DNA of 64,000 bases from Octopus sinensis (GCF_006345805.1 NC_042998.1:204042001-204106000), one strand, 5' to 3'; positions 12,344-25,369 are shown, counted from the stretch's first letter. Made by a program: numbers and translations. The notes: a model not told the origin generated them from the letters alone.

Positions 12344-12504
12344 AGGCGCAGGAGTGGCTGTGTGGTAAGTAGCTTGCTTATGAAGCACATGGTTTTGGGT
12401 TCAGTCCCACTGCGTGGCAAGTGTCTTTTACTATAGCCTCGGGTCGACCAAAGCCTTGTGAGTGGATTTGGTAGACGGAAACTGAAAGAAGCCCGTCGTA
12501 TATG

Positions 12505-12564
<60 letters not shown>

Positions 12565-12770
12565 TGTGTCTGTGTTTGTTTTCCCCCCCACATCGCTTGA
12601 CAACCGATGCTGGTGTGTTTACGTCCCCGTAACTTAGCGGTTCGACCAAAGAGAACCGATAGAATAAGTATTAGGCTTACAAAGAATAAGTCCTGGGGTC
12701 GATTTGCTCGACTAAAGGCGGTGCTCCAGCATGACCGCAGTCAAATGACTGAAACAAGTAAACGAGTAAT
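12344..12770 (+). mobile_element. SINE family A
   Basis: Full head, internal (TA)(TG), and 3' gcatgaccgcagtcaaatgactgaaacaagta. Confidence 0.9.
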
Positions 12771-12971
12771 TAGTAAAATAGATGAGATTATGTTATTTAT
12801 AATGAGGGTAAATATTATTTTGATTAAATGTATCCATTAAGACAAGGGAAACATTTATTCCTTTCCTGTCTTGCAATGCGACAGGACATTCTTTCCAGCC
12901 TAACAGATATCGGTCATGTTTTGCAAGAATTTGTCGGGCAATATCTGATTACATTACGTTATATTTTCGCA

Positions 12972-13355
12972 GTGGAGGCGCAATGGCCCAGTGGTTAGGG
13001 CAGCGGACTCGCGGTCGTAGGATCGCGGTTTCGATTCCCAGACCGGGTGTTATGGGTGTTTATTGAGCGAAAGCACCTAAAGCTCCATGAGGCTCCGGCA
13101 GGGGATGGTGGTGATCCCTGCTGTACTCTTTCACCACAACTTTCTCTCACTCTTACTTCCTGTTTATGTTCTACCTGTATTTCAAGGGGCCGGCCTTGTC
13201 ACTCTCTGTGTCCTGCAGAATCTTCCTGAGAACTACGTTAAGGGTACACGTGTCTGTGGAGTGCTCAGCCACTTACACGTTAATTTCACGAGCAGGCTGT
13301 TCCGTTGATTCGGATCAACCGGAACCCTCGTCGTCGTAACCGACGGAGTGCTTCC
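12972..13355 (+). mobile_element. tRNA-derived SINE family C
   Basis: ggaggcgcaatggcccagtggttagggcagcggactcgcggtc...gtttcgattccc; 11-bp TSD atattttcgca at 12961-12971 and 13356-13366; near-identical to 62769-63153. Confidence 0.92.
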
Positions 13356-13994
13356 ATATTTTCGCACTATTTTGCTACGCTTCAATAAACCCTGTGTTAA
13401 GAAACTCTCAAGAGAGGTGAACAGCAAGAAGTCTTCAGAGAAGAAACTCTTAACAGGTAAGTGTTTCGGCCCTTAACTTCTTGTACTCTAAAGGGGCCGG
13501 ACTGCTTCCAGGTCACGGCTTCTGCTAGCCCTTCTACGAATATTAGAGACTTGTGGATTTAGACCCTTTGGAGATTTCATCCAGTTGGAAATCCTCTCCT
13601 TTGAATCAGCTCCCAAATTTATACTTAAAAAAGAAATAATGTTGGTTGTCATGGTAGCGGCGTTATACTTGGATCATTCAGCTAAAATTCTTCCAAGCGG
13701 TGCCCCAGCATTCCCGAAGTCTTATGCCTGGAACAAGTAAAATATAAATATTAGGCGATGCCACTAAAGTCCACTTTGCTTTTCATACTTTCGGAACTAA
13801 AAGAAAAGGTACCAGTCATATAACCGGGTGAATAGAATCGAGTAAACGCAACACCTCACATATTGCTGGCGTTGTGCGGACATTTGAAAGAATTATGTTA
13901 TACTTTAGGAGAAGAATGGCCGAAGAGTTAAGAAGCTCACTTCGCAACCCAGAGGACCAGGCTCCGATCCCTCTGCGCAGCGTCTTGGACAGGC

Positions 13995-14165
13995 GAATAC
14001 GTGGTAAGAAGTTTGCTTCCTAACCATATTGTTCCGGGTTAAATCTCAATGTGTGGCACCTTGGGAAAGTGTCTTCTACTAAAGCCACGGACTGACCAAA
14101 ACCCTTTGATTTGTTTTTTATTGACAAAAACTGAAAAGAAGCTCGTCGTATGTATACATGCATGT

Positions 14166-14258
<93 letters not shown>

Positions 14259-14460
14259 TGTGTGTGTGTGTGTGTCTGTGCCTCTGGGTGTGTTTGTCCC
14301 GCTACCGCTTGACAACCAGTGTGGCTATGCTTACGTTCCTGTAAATTAGTGGTTCGACAAAGATCGATGGACTAAGTACACGCTAACGAAATAAATAGGT
14401 GTTGGGGTCGATTCATTCTACTAAAATCTTCAAAGCAGTGCTCCAGCATAGCCGCAGGTA
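13995..14460 (+). mobile_element. Degenerate SINE family A with expanded internal (TG)n
   Basis: gtggcaccttgggaaagtgtcttctact...(TG)~60...gcagtgctccagcatagccgcag. Confidence 0.8.
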
Positions 14461-14939
14461 TCAGATAAAAGATGATATGTTTTATAAGCCTCGAACTGAA
14501 CCACACCTTGTGAGTCAAATTTCGTAGACGGAAACTGCAGAGAATCCCGTCGGGATGGGGTGTGCCTATTATGACCGGTAATTCTGGCCGGAGATCAGGA
14601 TGCATATGGCTGTGGAATACTCAGCCACTTATACGTTAATTTAACGAACTGCCCATTCAGTTGAGCGAATACCTGAATGCTCATCGTCGGAAGTGACGGA
14701 GAACCATCCATTGTGTTATATTTTGTTACATTTCCGTCTCACCAGTTTTTTCAATTCTTCCAATGCATTGTTACCATGTTTCCCCCCTCCTCCCCACCTC
14801 CCACCCACCTCCCACCCACTTCCTTTATCAGAAACAGAAATAGAAATTAAATAATAAAAAGAATATATATATATATATATATATATATAATAAAAACAGA
14901 AAACAAATACTTCCAGGCATATTTCTCGGCGGCTAATTC

Positions 14940-15115
<176 letters not shown>

Positions 15116-15874
15116 TACTCTTTCGTTCTATCTCGCCCCTCTCCCTCCCTCCTTTCCTCTCTCACTCTATGGGTTTACATAAAAGGTTTTCTCTATTTCT
15201 CTCTCTTCATCTCTCAGTATATGTCCAACTGTATCCTTCTCGACCAACGCTTCTCTCTCTTCATCTCTCTATCTAACTCACTCTCTATCTAACCATTTCT
15301 CTATTTATTCTCTCTTCTATTCGACAAACCAGATTTTCACTACGTGGCTGCTTCACTTGCAAGAAGTAACAGTCAAATCTCCATCTTATAATCTGCCGTT
15401 TTAAGAGAAGGACACGGTGCTGACCCAATAAAAGCGGGAGTGGTCATGTCTAGAATATTGTTGACGAAGTCTTCAATATTGTCGCCCGATCCGATGGAAA
15501 CAGCAGCCATTTCTCTATCAGATAGCAGCCATCAGCTATGAAATTTGAAGAACACATTTGATCATATAAATTTGAGCGACCCGTAGACAGAGCGGGGATG
15601 GTCGAGGCTGAAAATTGTTTTTGTTGATAGGATTACTCGCCCAGACTTGACCTGGGGCTGAACAGCAATAACGAAATCATTTCAGCTGAAATCTAATTTC
15701 GTTGGTAACATTTTGGAACATTTGTTCTCACAAGAAGATATTTTCCAAAATTGTTCATCTGTGAAAATATTCATATTGACAATCAGCGGCTGGAGATGCG
15801 CAACCTTCCTTTAATACCGCAAAACACACTTGCTTACTTTTCTTACATAGATAACACACGCGTGTGTATGCATG

Positions 15875-15914
<40 letters not shown>

Positions 15915-15977
15915 CAAGTATGCACTATACGCATATACATGCACATTACACTCACATATATACACACACACACACAT

Positions 15978-16055
<78 letters not shown>

Positions 16056-16060
<5 letters not shown>

Positions 16061-16380
16061 TTGATCCAAACATGAAAACACAAAGAGAAAACACAACAAC
16101 GCGAGGACGTCGAACAAGTATAGTATTATGGACGCTCAGGAAAGAAGGAAAGAAGGAGGGTTTAACGTTTCGAGCCTACGCTCTTCAACAGAAATATACA
16201 AAGAAAAAAACAAGAGACGAAGACAGGTGGTGTACAAAACAAACAGATATTAGTATAACACTCAGAAATAGAAAATTTATTTTACGTTTCGAGCCTACGC
16301 TCTCTACACAAAGGGACACAGAAAAAAAAAACAAGGAGAGAAAAAATGTGTGCAGTGGCTAACGATCTATCATGGCGACT
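16056..16380 (-). mobile_element. Short Penelope-like/retrozyme-like element with two tandem minimal hammerhead-like motifs, inserted in (TA)n
   Basis: Minus strand has gagc-gtag-gctc-gaaac-gta at ~16282-16310 and ctgttga-a-gagc-gtag-gctc-gaaac-gtt at ~16160-16193. Homologous to 31100, 33481, 33706, 42798 and 56935. Confidence 0.65.
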
Positions 16381-16381
16381 G

Positions 16382-16437
<56 letters not shown>

Positions 16438-16445
<8 letters not shown>

Positions 16446-16845
16446 TGCCCCTCGTTATCGAGTATGGCCATTGCACGAAGCTTAACTGTTACTGGTGCTG
16501 TGATCGAATGTGACTTTTTAGCCCAGCTAAAGATCTACAATGTCTGGTACGGAATTGGCAGCTAAAACCTTTACCGGTAATATCCTGCTGTAGTTGTAAC
16601 TGGGCTTCATGTACCTTTGCATGTCGTTTAAGTCCTCCAGCCGAATTATACTCTCTTCCACATGCCCGACAGATATGATTAGTATGGTGCGTAACACCAC
16701 CACCAGTGACCAGGTTGTCACTCATCTATCTCGCTTTATGACTACGAAGATTACTCTTGAGTCCAGCTTTACTGAGGCAGGGTCTTACACAGACACTGCA
16801 TGTCAGCATCATAGGAAGACCCTGTGCAAGACCCTGCCACAGTAC

Positions 16846-16850
<5 letters not shown>
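16438..16850 (-). mobile_element. RTE-clade LINE 3' end encoding C2H2-like zinc fingers, flanked by (TA)n
   Basis: CSVCVRPCLSKAGLKSNLRSH, CRACGREYNSAGGLKRHAKVH and CQFRTRHCRSLAGLKSHIRSQH (ORFs 16726-16953 and 16489-16725). The 3' tip is identical in layout to 60972-61035. Confidence 0.7.
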
Positions 16851-16880
<30 letters not shown>

Positions 16881-17207
16881 TGTATTGTATAAAAGATCGT
16901 GGGTAAGGCCAAAACAACGCGAAGTGAATGCAAGGTAAATCACAAGGAAACAAATATGTGAATTAATGTAGACTTACCTTGTATTCAACATTTTGTGGTT
17001 ATGAACCCATTTTCAAGAAATTGATGAATGTTGCCGACACGTGTGTGTGTGAATGTGTGTGGAGTGGACATGCGCAGAAGGGTGTTGCAACAACAAGCAG
17101 CTAGCTTCCTGTGACTCCCATCTATTGTTGATTTTGGGTTTCTTTTGGTGTATGAGGATGGCCTCAGAGATTCTAAGGTTGCCCCTGTTCCGCTATGTTG
17201 CCTATAT

Positions 17208-17247
<40 letters not shown>

Positions 17248-17511
17248 AAAAAAATCTTCGATTGATGTAATGTGAAAGTTCAGTTTGGTTTACCGCTAAA
17301 ACTCCGACTCGAACTGCAACTGAAAACTGTGGGCCGGAAATTGCCAATCCTATTGAATAGGTAAGAATTTTTATTTGTTATGTAATATTGCATTCAAGTA
17401 AATATTTTTTAATAATAATAGAAACTTTGGTTAATTCTATTAATGAGTGTAATATTAAATCTATATATAAACTGAATTAATTATATAATGAGTTTAACTA
17501 ATCTGTATGTA

Positions 17512-18792
17512 CGAGGGGCGTTCAATAAGTAATGCCCCTGACCCACTTCTCATAGCAGTAGAGCAACGAAACTTGGCACAGTTATTAGTCTTTTTCTACA
17601 TAGGAACCACCCAGAGTTACGCATTTCTCCCATTGTTTGATGCAGCTCTGGCGACCGTTTTTGTAGAAGACCCCAGCTTGGTCCTCCAACCTGAACGTGA
17701 CTTCAGAAATCAAGGTAGCATCATCTGGGAAACGCTTTCCTTTCAAAAACAACTTCATGACTGGGAAGAGGTGAAAATCAGAGTGCAAGGGCAGGAGAGT
17801 AGGGGGATGGGGAGGAGTTCATAGCCATACGCCTGTGCTTCTGATCTGGCGACAAGCGAGTTGTGGACCGGAGCGTTGTCCTGCAGGAGGAGGATGCCTT
17901 TGCTGATCTTGCCCCGCCTCTGATTTTGATAACTTTCTTAATTTCCTCAAAAGTGAAGCATAATAGGCTCCTGCAATTGTGGTACCCTTTGCCAGGAAAT
18001 CTGTCATCACTACTCATCCTGGTCCCAGAAGACTGTGAGCATGACCTTGCCAGCGGAGGCTGCACCCTTGCCTTCTTTGGAGGGGGTGAGTCACGGTGCT
18101 TCCACTGCATTGACTGGGCTTTGGTCTCTGGATCATCGTGATGGACCCAGGTTTCATCCTGTGTAATCAGTCTTTTGAAAAATTTTGACTCATCTTCTTG
18201 GCACATCTCCAAATTCATCCTCGAGCACTCGACGCGTTCTTGCTTCTGGAAGGTGTGAGCAACCTGGGAATCCATCTGGCAGACACCTTTTGCATATGCA
18301 AATGGTCATGAATGATAGTTTCCACAGACCCGGTACTAATCTTGACCTTATGGGCTATTTGGCGAATAATTATGCGTCGATCTTCCAAAATGGCAGCCTC
18401 AACTTGACGGACAGATGCCTCATCATGGCAGAAGGGGCGACCAGATCTGGGAGCTGTTTCCACAGAGTTCCGACCATGTTTGAATTCACGATGCCAGCGT
18501 TTTACAAGGTCATATGATGGGGCATCATCACCATAAGTTACTTTCATTTCATCAAAAGTCTCCCGTGGTGTGCGTCCTTTCAAATAAAAAAACCGGATCA
18601 CTGCTCGACACTCAACAGGCTCCATTTCACACTTGACTCGGTTCAAACACCTGTAAATCAGAAACCACAATTAATTCAGAGCTGTAATTTGCCACTTACT
18701 CTATAGAGATATAGATAATTGCACATGCAAAATTTCAGCTAGATCCAACAACTGCAAGTGGGTTAGAGGCATTACTTATTGAACGTCCCTCG
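17512..18792 (-). mobile_element. Full-length (1281 bp) frameshifted mariner, DD34D
   Basis: TIRs cgaggggcgttcaataagtaatgcc / ggcattacttattgaacgtccctcg with TA on both sides. Transposase pieces MEPVECRAVIRFFYLKG...RSGRP, ITQDETWVHH, QDNAP, SDFHLFP. Confidence 0.93.
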
Positions 18793-19741
18793 TATATATT
18801 TGAATCATTTTTCTATTTTTAATTCTTGTAGTTATAGTTTGTAGTAATATTATGTAAATAAGTTAGTTTTTTAGTATATATTACATAATTAGAATATGAT
18901 TTAACTTAGAGGTTTATTAATTAAATAAATAAATCATTTAATGGATATAGATTAAATTACAGTATTTTAGCTTCACTTAATGTATATTATGTATTATATA
19001 TACATATATATTTATATTGTTTTAAATATTTTGTTTTAAATACTTGTATTTTAATTTTCCAGTAATGATATACTATAGTTTGTTATTTTTTCTTCTATAA
19101 TCTAAAATATATTTTCATAGATAAAATAAATATTTCTATCTATTTATTCTAGTTTTATTTACACCACATTTTTAACGAGATAAATTTATAATAAACACTA
19201 AGTCCTACGTATTAAGTTTTAATATTTAGTTAACAAAATATATTTGATACGATATTTCGTGTTTTTATCTTAAGATATATTGTTCAATTTTGTTCGATTT
19301 TTTATTGAAAAATTACGTATTTTTATATATATTTATATTTTCTTATAATGTATATACGTACATTTATTTAATTATTTTATTGTTTTTATCTTGGACCTGA
19401 TAAGTGACTATATTTAAATTGGATTTTACTGTTATCAATTTGAAAATATAGCCACGAAGCACGTGTAGTCTATTTACTAATTATATACTATTTATGTATT
19501 ATTTCGTACTTTATTTAGTTCTATACGATTTGTCGTATATTTAATTTTTTTCTGTATAGTATAATTTAATTATATCATTGTTGAATTGCTACATGGTGGT
19601 TTTTTTCTAATTTATCTAGATGTATTATATATTTTGAAATTTGATTTAGTATTACTAAATTGAATTTTTCCCTGTAAGTTTGGAATCATATTCTCTAATA
19701 TTATATATATTATATATATATATATATATATAATATATATA

Positions 19742-19780
<39 letters not shown>

Positions 19781-19819
19781 TGTATATATATATACATCTA
19801 CATGTATATATTATTGTGT

Positions 19820-20030
19820 TTGTGTGTGTGTGTTTGACACCACCGCAATTTGACAACCGGTTTTGGTGTGTTTACGTCCCCGTAACTTAGCTGTTCGGCA
19901 AAAGTAACCGACAGAATAAATACCAGGTTTTAAAATGACTTATTTCCAGCGTCGTTTCGTCCGACTACATTACTTCAAGGCTGTGCTCCATCATGGCCGT
20001 CGTCTAATGACTGAAGCAAGAGAAACATAA
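19820..20030 (+). mobile_element. SINE family A 3' half
   Basis: gtgtttacgtccccgtaacttagc...catggccgtcgtctaatgactgaagcaag. Confidence 0.75.
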
Positions 20031-20377
20031 GAGAAAACAGATATGTGCAGTGATGACACTGGATCATGTTGGAAGGCTGAGTGTGGGTGGTGCAAGGCAC
20101 TCTGCATTCTTTGAGGTTCTCAAACTTCCTGTTTGTAAGCATCAAGGTTGGTTCGATGATAAAAGACCAGCTGTTCAGTAGTTGAGAGATAAAATACACA
20201 GCTCCCAGAAAACAGGGATCAATTATAAGAGCTCACAACATCTCACCAATGTACTACGGGTGTAGAAATGCATCGAAACAATTGTAGTGAGCTTAAATAA
20301 AAAATGACGTTTATTCTATTTTCTATCCTTTATTTATTTACATAAACTCTACGGATGCTATGGAATTCCTGATGTAT

Positions 20378-20545
20378 TGGGCCATCCTATAAATAATGCG
20401 GTTTTTTCAATTACATGAACTAAAATGCGACAACGCAACGGAAAGTGTGAGAAATATTAATGCTGTATATGGGGATCAGACAATAAGTGTAAGCCAGTGT
20501 CAACAGTGGTTCCAGAAATTCCGAGCCGGAAACCCTGGTGGAACA
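20378..20545 (+). mobile_element. mariner 5' fragment (HTH)
   Basis: NATESVRNINAVYGDQTISVSQCQQWFQKFRAGN, downstream of a TIR-like tattgggcc... Confidence 0.65.
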
Positions 20546-20565
20546 AAATCCCTAGAATGCCGATA

Positions 20566-21480
20566 AGAAATGCAAAAGGCAGGTCCAACGTGCTCTTAGA
20601 CAGATGGACGAGGCATGGCGGTCATCCAAGGCTACTGAACTCCAAGAAGCTGCGGACAGAAAGGATTTTAAAGCCTTCTATGATGGCTTCAAGAAAGTGT
20701 ATGGTCCTGAAGAGCAGGGGGATGCTCCTATTTTTTTTTCCAACCAATGGAGAGATGCTGTTGACTGACAAATCTGACATCCTGAAACGATGGAAAGACC
20801 ACTTGGAAACCGTACTGAACTCCACCTCACTCACTAATGATGACGTCATAATGTCTGTTCCACTGCAAGCTGAGATACCGGAATTGTCTCTGGAGCCTAC
20901 CTTCCTGGAAGTGGTAAACCCTGTTAAGCAAATCTCTTCTGGCAAAGCACCTGGCAGGGGTGCTGTCCCGCCTGAAATGTGCAATTATGGTGGAGAGAAG
21001 CTTTTGAAGAAACTGCACGATCTCTTCATAAATATTTGGCGGGTATGCCATGTACCACAGGACTTTAAGCACACCTCGATCCAACACCTTTATAATAACA
21101 AAGGTAACAGAAGTGTTTGTGATAATCATCGAGGGATATCGCTTCTGTCTATTTTTAGTAAGATTCTTGTTCGATTCATTCTTGACAGGACCATCAAACA
21201 CGTCGTAAATGACATCTATCCAGAATCAAAGTGCAGATCTTGCCCGGGATGCGGCACTATCGACATAATCTTTTCCCTTCGTCAGATCGCCAAGAAGGTG
21301 CGTGTGAAAAAATCAAGAGCTGTTGATGATATTCGTTGATCTTACGAAGGCTTTCGACGCTGTTCACCGACAAACACTCTGGAAAGTTGTGAAAAAGGCT
21401 TAGAATACCAGACAAAATGTTGAATGTTATCACCTCCTTTTCTGGGAGAATGAAAGCTGTTGTCCTGCTTGGTGGGGTAT
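20566..21480 (+). pseudogene. RTE-clade (BovB-like) LINE reverse transcriptase fragment
   Basis: ORF 20497-21339: LLTDKSDILKRWKDH, SSGKAPG, DNHRGISLLSIFSKIL; out-of-frame continuation FVDLTKAFDAVHRQTLWK. Confidence 0.88.
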
Positions 21481-21494
21481 CTTCAGCTTACAGG

Positions 21495-21580
21495 GAATAA
21501 GTCCTGGGGTCGATTTACTCAACTAAAGACGGTGCTCCAGCATGGCTGCAGTCAAATGACTGAAACAAATAAAAGAATAA
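21495..21580 (+). mobile_element. SINE family A 3' tip
   Basis: gaataagtcctggggtcgattt...gtcaaatgactgaaacaaataaaagaataa. Confidence 0.75.
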
Positions 21581-21593
21581 AAATATATATGTA

Positions 21594-22844
21594 CAGGGTG
21601 CGTAAGATATTTGAGGACAGATTTATAAAAAAAAGACAGCTTTATAATAATAGTTGATAACTTAAATTATCAAAAAACGCTATGAGGATTAAAATAAACC
21701 TTCTTTCCTCTAACGTTATTCAATAAAGCCACCTTCAGCTTCAACAACTGCTTTTATATGAGATCTAAATCATCTACATGCTCGAATCAAATGATCCTGG
21801 TTCATTTTGGACATTACTCCGACTATGGCAGCTTTCAAAGAATCTTTGGTGTTATGAGCGTGTTCATTGACCTCCCTCTCAACAACGCTCCACAATGAAT
21901 TGAGATTTGTGGAAATTAGTAGGCCAAGTGTTAGGGCTTATGTGATCATGAACATTTTCAACCATCCATTCCTGTGTTACTAGAGCCATGTGTGATAGTG
22001 CAGAGTCTTACTGAAACACATATGGCTTTCCATTGCATACACTGTCTATCCAGGGCTGAACAATTATTTCCTAGACCACAATGTAGACGGCAGAGTTAAC
22101 TCTAAGTCCTAGTGGAAAGAAGTAAGGAGCCATCACATGTCCTTCATTGCTGACAACCCCTAAAACCATGACAGTTGATGGAAATTTTGTATGCATAACA
22201 CTTGGAACTTCAGAAGGGTCTGCACATAACCATCTGTTATTTCTTCCGTTAACTTTTTGATCTTGGTCGGAGTTTTTCTCATTTGAGAAAAACTAAATCA
22301 AATCTTTTTCTGCTGGATTTTTCAGTTTGTTTAAGAGCCTTTTAGATCTGATGTAGTGATTTTCTTTTGCTTTTTCGGACAAACTGACCTTTCCTCATCA
22401 GATAAGACTTATATCTTATGTCTTCATGGACAACATTTCTGACTGTTCCTTCTGACACGTGGAGATCTTTTGCAATTGACCTCATAGACTTTCTGGGATT
22501 GTAATAATGGTCTCTTAAACTTACTGGATAAATTCAGGTGTTCTGATGGTTTCAGAGCGTTTAGAATGCTTTTTATGCTTTGATACTGGTGATACCTTTC
22601 CATCTTCAGTCTCTAGCTCCTTATAAACTTTGTAGACGAAAAATCTGGTAACTTTTAAAAATCGAGATGTTACTAAATCCCTATGCTCAGCCTTTATAAC
22701 CACAAAAACAGCATACCTCTTCATTTGTTGAGTAAGCTGAGGGTCTGCCATTATTATTTTCTGAAACAAAGATTCTACAGAGTTAGCAAAAAAATGCAGC
22801 AATGACCCCAAAAAGGTATACCCTTAAATACCTTACGCACCCTG
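21594..22844 (-). mobile_element. Full-length (1251 bp) decayed Tc1/mariner, probably maT/DD37D type
   Basis: TIRs cagggtgcgtaagatattt / aaataccttacgcaccctg with TA flanks. Minus strand reads KSMRSIAKDLHVSEGTVR, FSNEKN, KFPSTVMVLGVVSNEG, YVFQ*DSA; many stops. Confidence 0.85.
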
Positions 22845-22861
22845 TATATATATATATATAT

Positions 22862-22901
<40 letters not shown>

Positions 22902-22919
22902 TAAATAAAACATATGCAT

Positions 22920-23230
22920 ATATATATACATATATGTACGTACCTACCTCTACATGTATATATACACGCATATATGAGTACAGGACACCAAAAAAACGTC
23001 GAACACAATGAGAAACGAAAACATAGACACAAACACAAGGACTGGATTTTTTAAACAACGAAAAAATAGAGTACAGGACAAATAACACAAGGAAAAAACC
23101 CTTCTTCAGTCGCCACGGTTTCATTTACTCTACGTTTCGAAGGTGAAGGCGAGACGTATCTTCGATAAGAAACTTTCCTTCCTGCGAAAAGCAAATCAAA
23201 TAAAATTTGAGATCTTTTTGCAGAGGGGTA
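22920..23230 (-). mobile_element. Short (TA)n-associated interspersed repeat (family F)
   Basis: Reverse complement matches 34480-34870 and 58530-58880 (tcgcaggaag...ccttcgaaac...cgttttcgtttctc...catgtagatgtaggtacgtacata). Confidence 0.75.
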
Positions 23231-23296
23231 AAATGGTAACAAAACCAGGACAGTAACGACAGTACAAAATATAAGCATTATACATATATATTTCAT

Positions 23297-23351
<55 letters not shown>

Positions 23352-23359
23352 AATGTATA

Positions 23360-23740
23360 CACACACACCTTTGAATATCTCTATGACTATCACCACTACT
23401 ACCACCTCAACCACAACTATCACAACCACCACTTTTACTCTGGTTACCTTGCTATCAACTCTGTTATTAAACTACCACGCCACCACCACATCCCCACCAT
23501 CGCCACCTTCCCCGCCAACAGCCATCTTCCTCTGCCACTTTGAACCTAATTTCACAATCACACCCACTACCACCCCTACTATACCTACCGCCGGCAATAC
23601 ACCCACTATATACCCCCCCACACACACACAGCTAACACACACCACCATTATCGCATACTACCGCTACACCCACTGCCGCCGCCACCACCAACACACTATC
23701 ACTGCTAGCACTCGCCACTTTCACCACCACCACCATTCTG
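23360..23740 (+). repeat. Degenerate (CAC/CAT/TAC) trinucleotide low-complexity tract
   Basis: Direct reading. Confidence 0.75.
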
Positions 23741-24199
23741 CAAGTGAAAGAGAAAATTTTCCTCTGGTAAAAGACATCACGTAAACGTTGGTTTGGTTCA
23801 TCAATTCCAGTGGCAGATCAGTTTAGGAGTCAGTCGTGAAGGTTGTCGCCTCTCATTTGCTGTAAATCTTCAAAGTTTAGCATTTAAAGCAAAATACAGA
23901 CCGTCTTTTTATACACACACGCACACCCACCTCACGAGCTCTAACTATACTTACATATAAAAGCCTAGAGAGGAATTATCGGATGCTATTGCCAAGAAAG
24001 TGGTAGAAGCTAATCCCCAAACGCAGACAAGTAATTCTTCTTCTTATTTTGTTCGCAAAACATTCGAAACATTTATAAAGATTAGGAAAGAGAGAAACCG
24101 CCAGTTCTTGCGTCCGCTTCCGAACTAAGCTAAATTTATGGACTTATAAACTAACTCCGGTTAGCAACTAAGGTCCATCGAATATATATTTCACAACTG

Positions 24200-24320
24200 T
24201 CTACAAGGGGCTAAACATAGAGGGAACAAAAAAGGACAGACAAACGGATTAAGTCGATTACATCGACCCCAGTGCGAAACTGGTACTTTATTTATCGACC
24301 CCGAAAGGATGAAAGGCAAA
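24200..24320 (-). mobile_element. SINE family B internal unit fragment
   Basis: gggctaaacatagaggg...gtcgattacatcgaccccagtgcgaaactggtact...cgaccccgaaaggatgaaaggcaaag. Confidence 0.85.
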
Positions 24321-24547
24321 GAATATATTTTTTTCGAAGAAAATTTTATCCTCCATTAGATATAAATTTAAGCGTTCACTTCCGGACTCTTTCACTCTGT
24401 GAGAGCATTAGTTCAAATCGCACGTGTCTCGAATGGGCTGGAGTATTTCTATTTTGGATGTATTTGGGGTACTTAATTGGGCTCGTGACTTAGTGTTCGC
24501 TCCTTCCATGGGTATGAGTAAGTATCCCATTTATTCCTTTTGCCACA

Positions 24548-24605
24548 TGTATCACTGACGAAGGGAGGGCTGTTAAAAGCTAACCCCGAAATCGGTCCGA
24601 TATGG
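24548..24605 (+). ncRNA. Type I hammerhead ribozyme motif (one stem I mismatch)
   Basis: gtatca-CTGACGA(24555-24561)-a-ggg..gct gttaaa agc..ccc-GAAA-tcg-GTC(24595-24597)-cgatat. Confidence 0.55.
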
Positions 24606-24749
24606 TAATAATGGAATGTTTTAGAAATTTCTGTCGACCTTTTTTCGAGTAGCGTGCATATTGTGAAAAAATTATATGGTTAATTGACAATATGTCCAAT
24701 TTTTCCGCATATCTGGCATTAAAATTTTTTTCGTTTGCCCTTAGTTATG

Positions 24750-24787
<38 letters not shown>

Positions 24788-24897
24788 CAAAAAAGAACAA
24801 AACAAAAGACTAAGATGGGTGTGTAGACAACAAACAGATGTATTAGTTTATACATATATACATACATATGTACGTACATATATACATACATACATAC

Positions 24898-25365
24898 GGA
24901 TTACAAGTTCAGCTTTATACCTGTAATTATTGGGGTCCTGGGATATGTAACACACTGCCTTGATACCAATCTTGAGAAATTAGGCTTCTCAAAACCAGAA
25001 AGGAGAAAGCTGATTCGAAGACTACGGATCCAATCCATCAGTGGAACTGCAAAAATCTGTAAAACTTTCCAGAAATTTGTCATTTAAATATATATGAACA
25101 TGTCTAGATATGCAACTATACGCATGAGAATACATACATAAAACATACAAATCTGCACATACATACATACATACATACATACATACATACATACATGCAT
25201 ACATACATACATACATACATACATACATACATACATACATACATACATACAAAATTACCCTGTTGTTGAAGTTGAAATTTCAATGAAGGAACCTTGGATC
25301 TAGGTTAGGGACCGATTCTTTCTCTATTGGCAAGAAATCTTAGAATAAACTGAATAATGACATAC
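24898..25365 (+). mobile_element. 5'-truncated RLE-type LINE 3' end (62-codon C-terminus + 3' UTR) between (CATA)n tracts
   Basis: 24899-25087 reads DYKFSFIPVIIGVLGYVTHCL...IQSISGTAKICKTFQKFVI*, the PVIIG.LG...GT..I pattern of RLE C-termini. Flanked by (CATA)n at 24851-24897 and ~25350. Confidence 0.7.
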
Positions 25366-25369
25366 ATAT

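Noticed and set aside
12972-13045. tRNA genes at SINE heads (also 3889, 10213, 62769)
   Set aside because: No complete cloverleaf or acceptor stem; each continues into a SINE body with TSDs.
17270-17360. hAT dimerisation-like peptide on the minus strand (PTVFSCSSSRSFS)
   Set aside because: Too short and degenerate to call without a profile search.
18800-19600. Extremely AT-rich stretch as an origin or matrix-attachment region
   Set aside because: Composition alone is not evidence in an AT-rich genome; no motif or periodicity seen.
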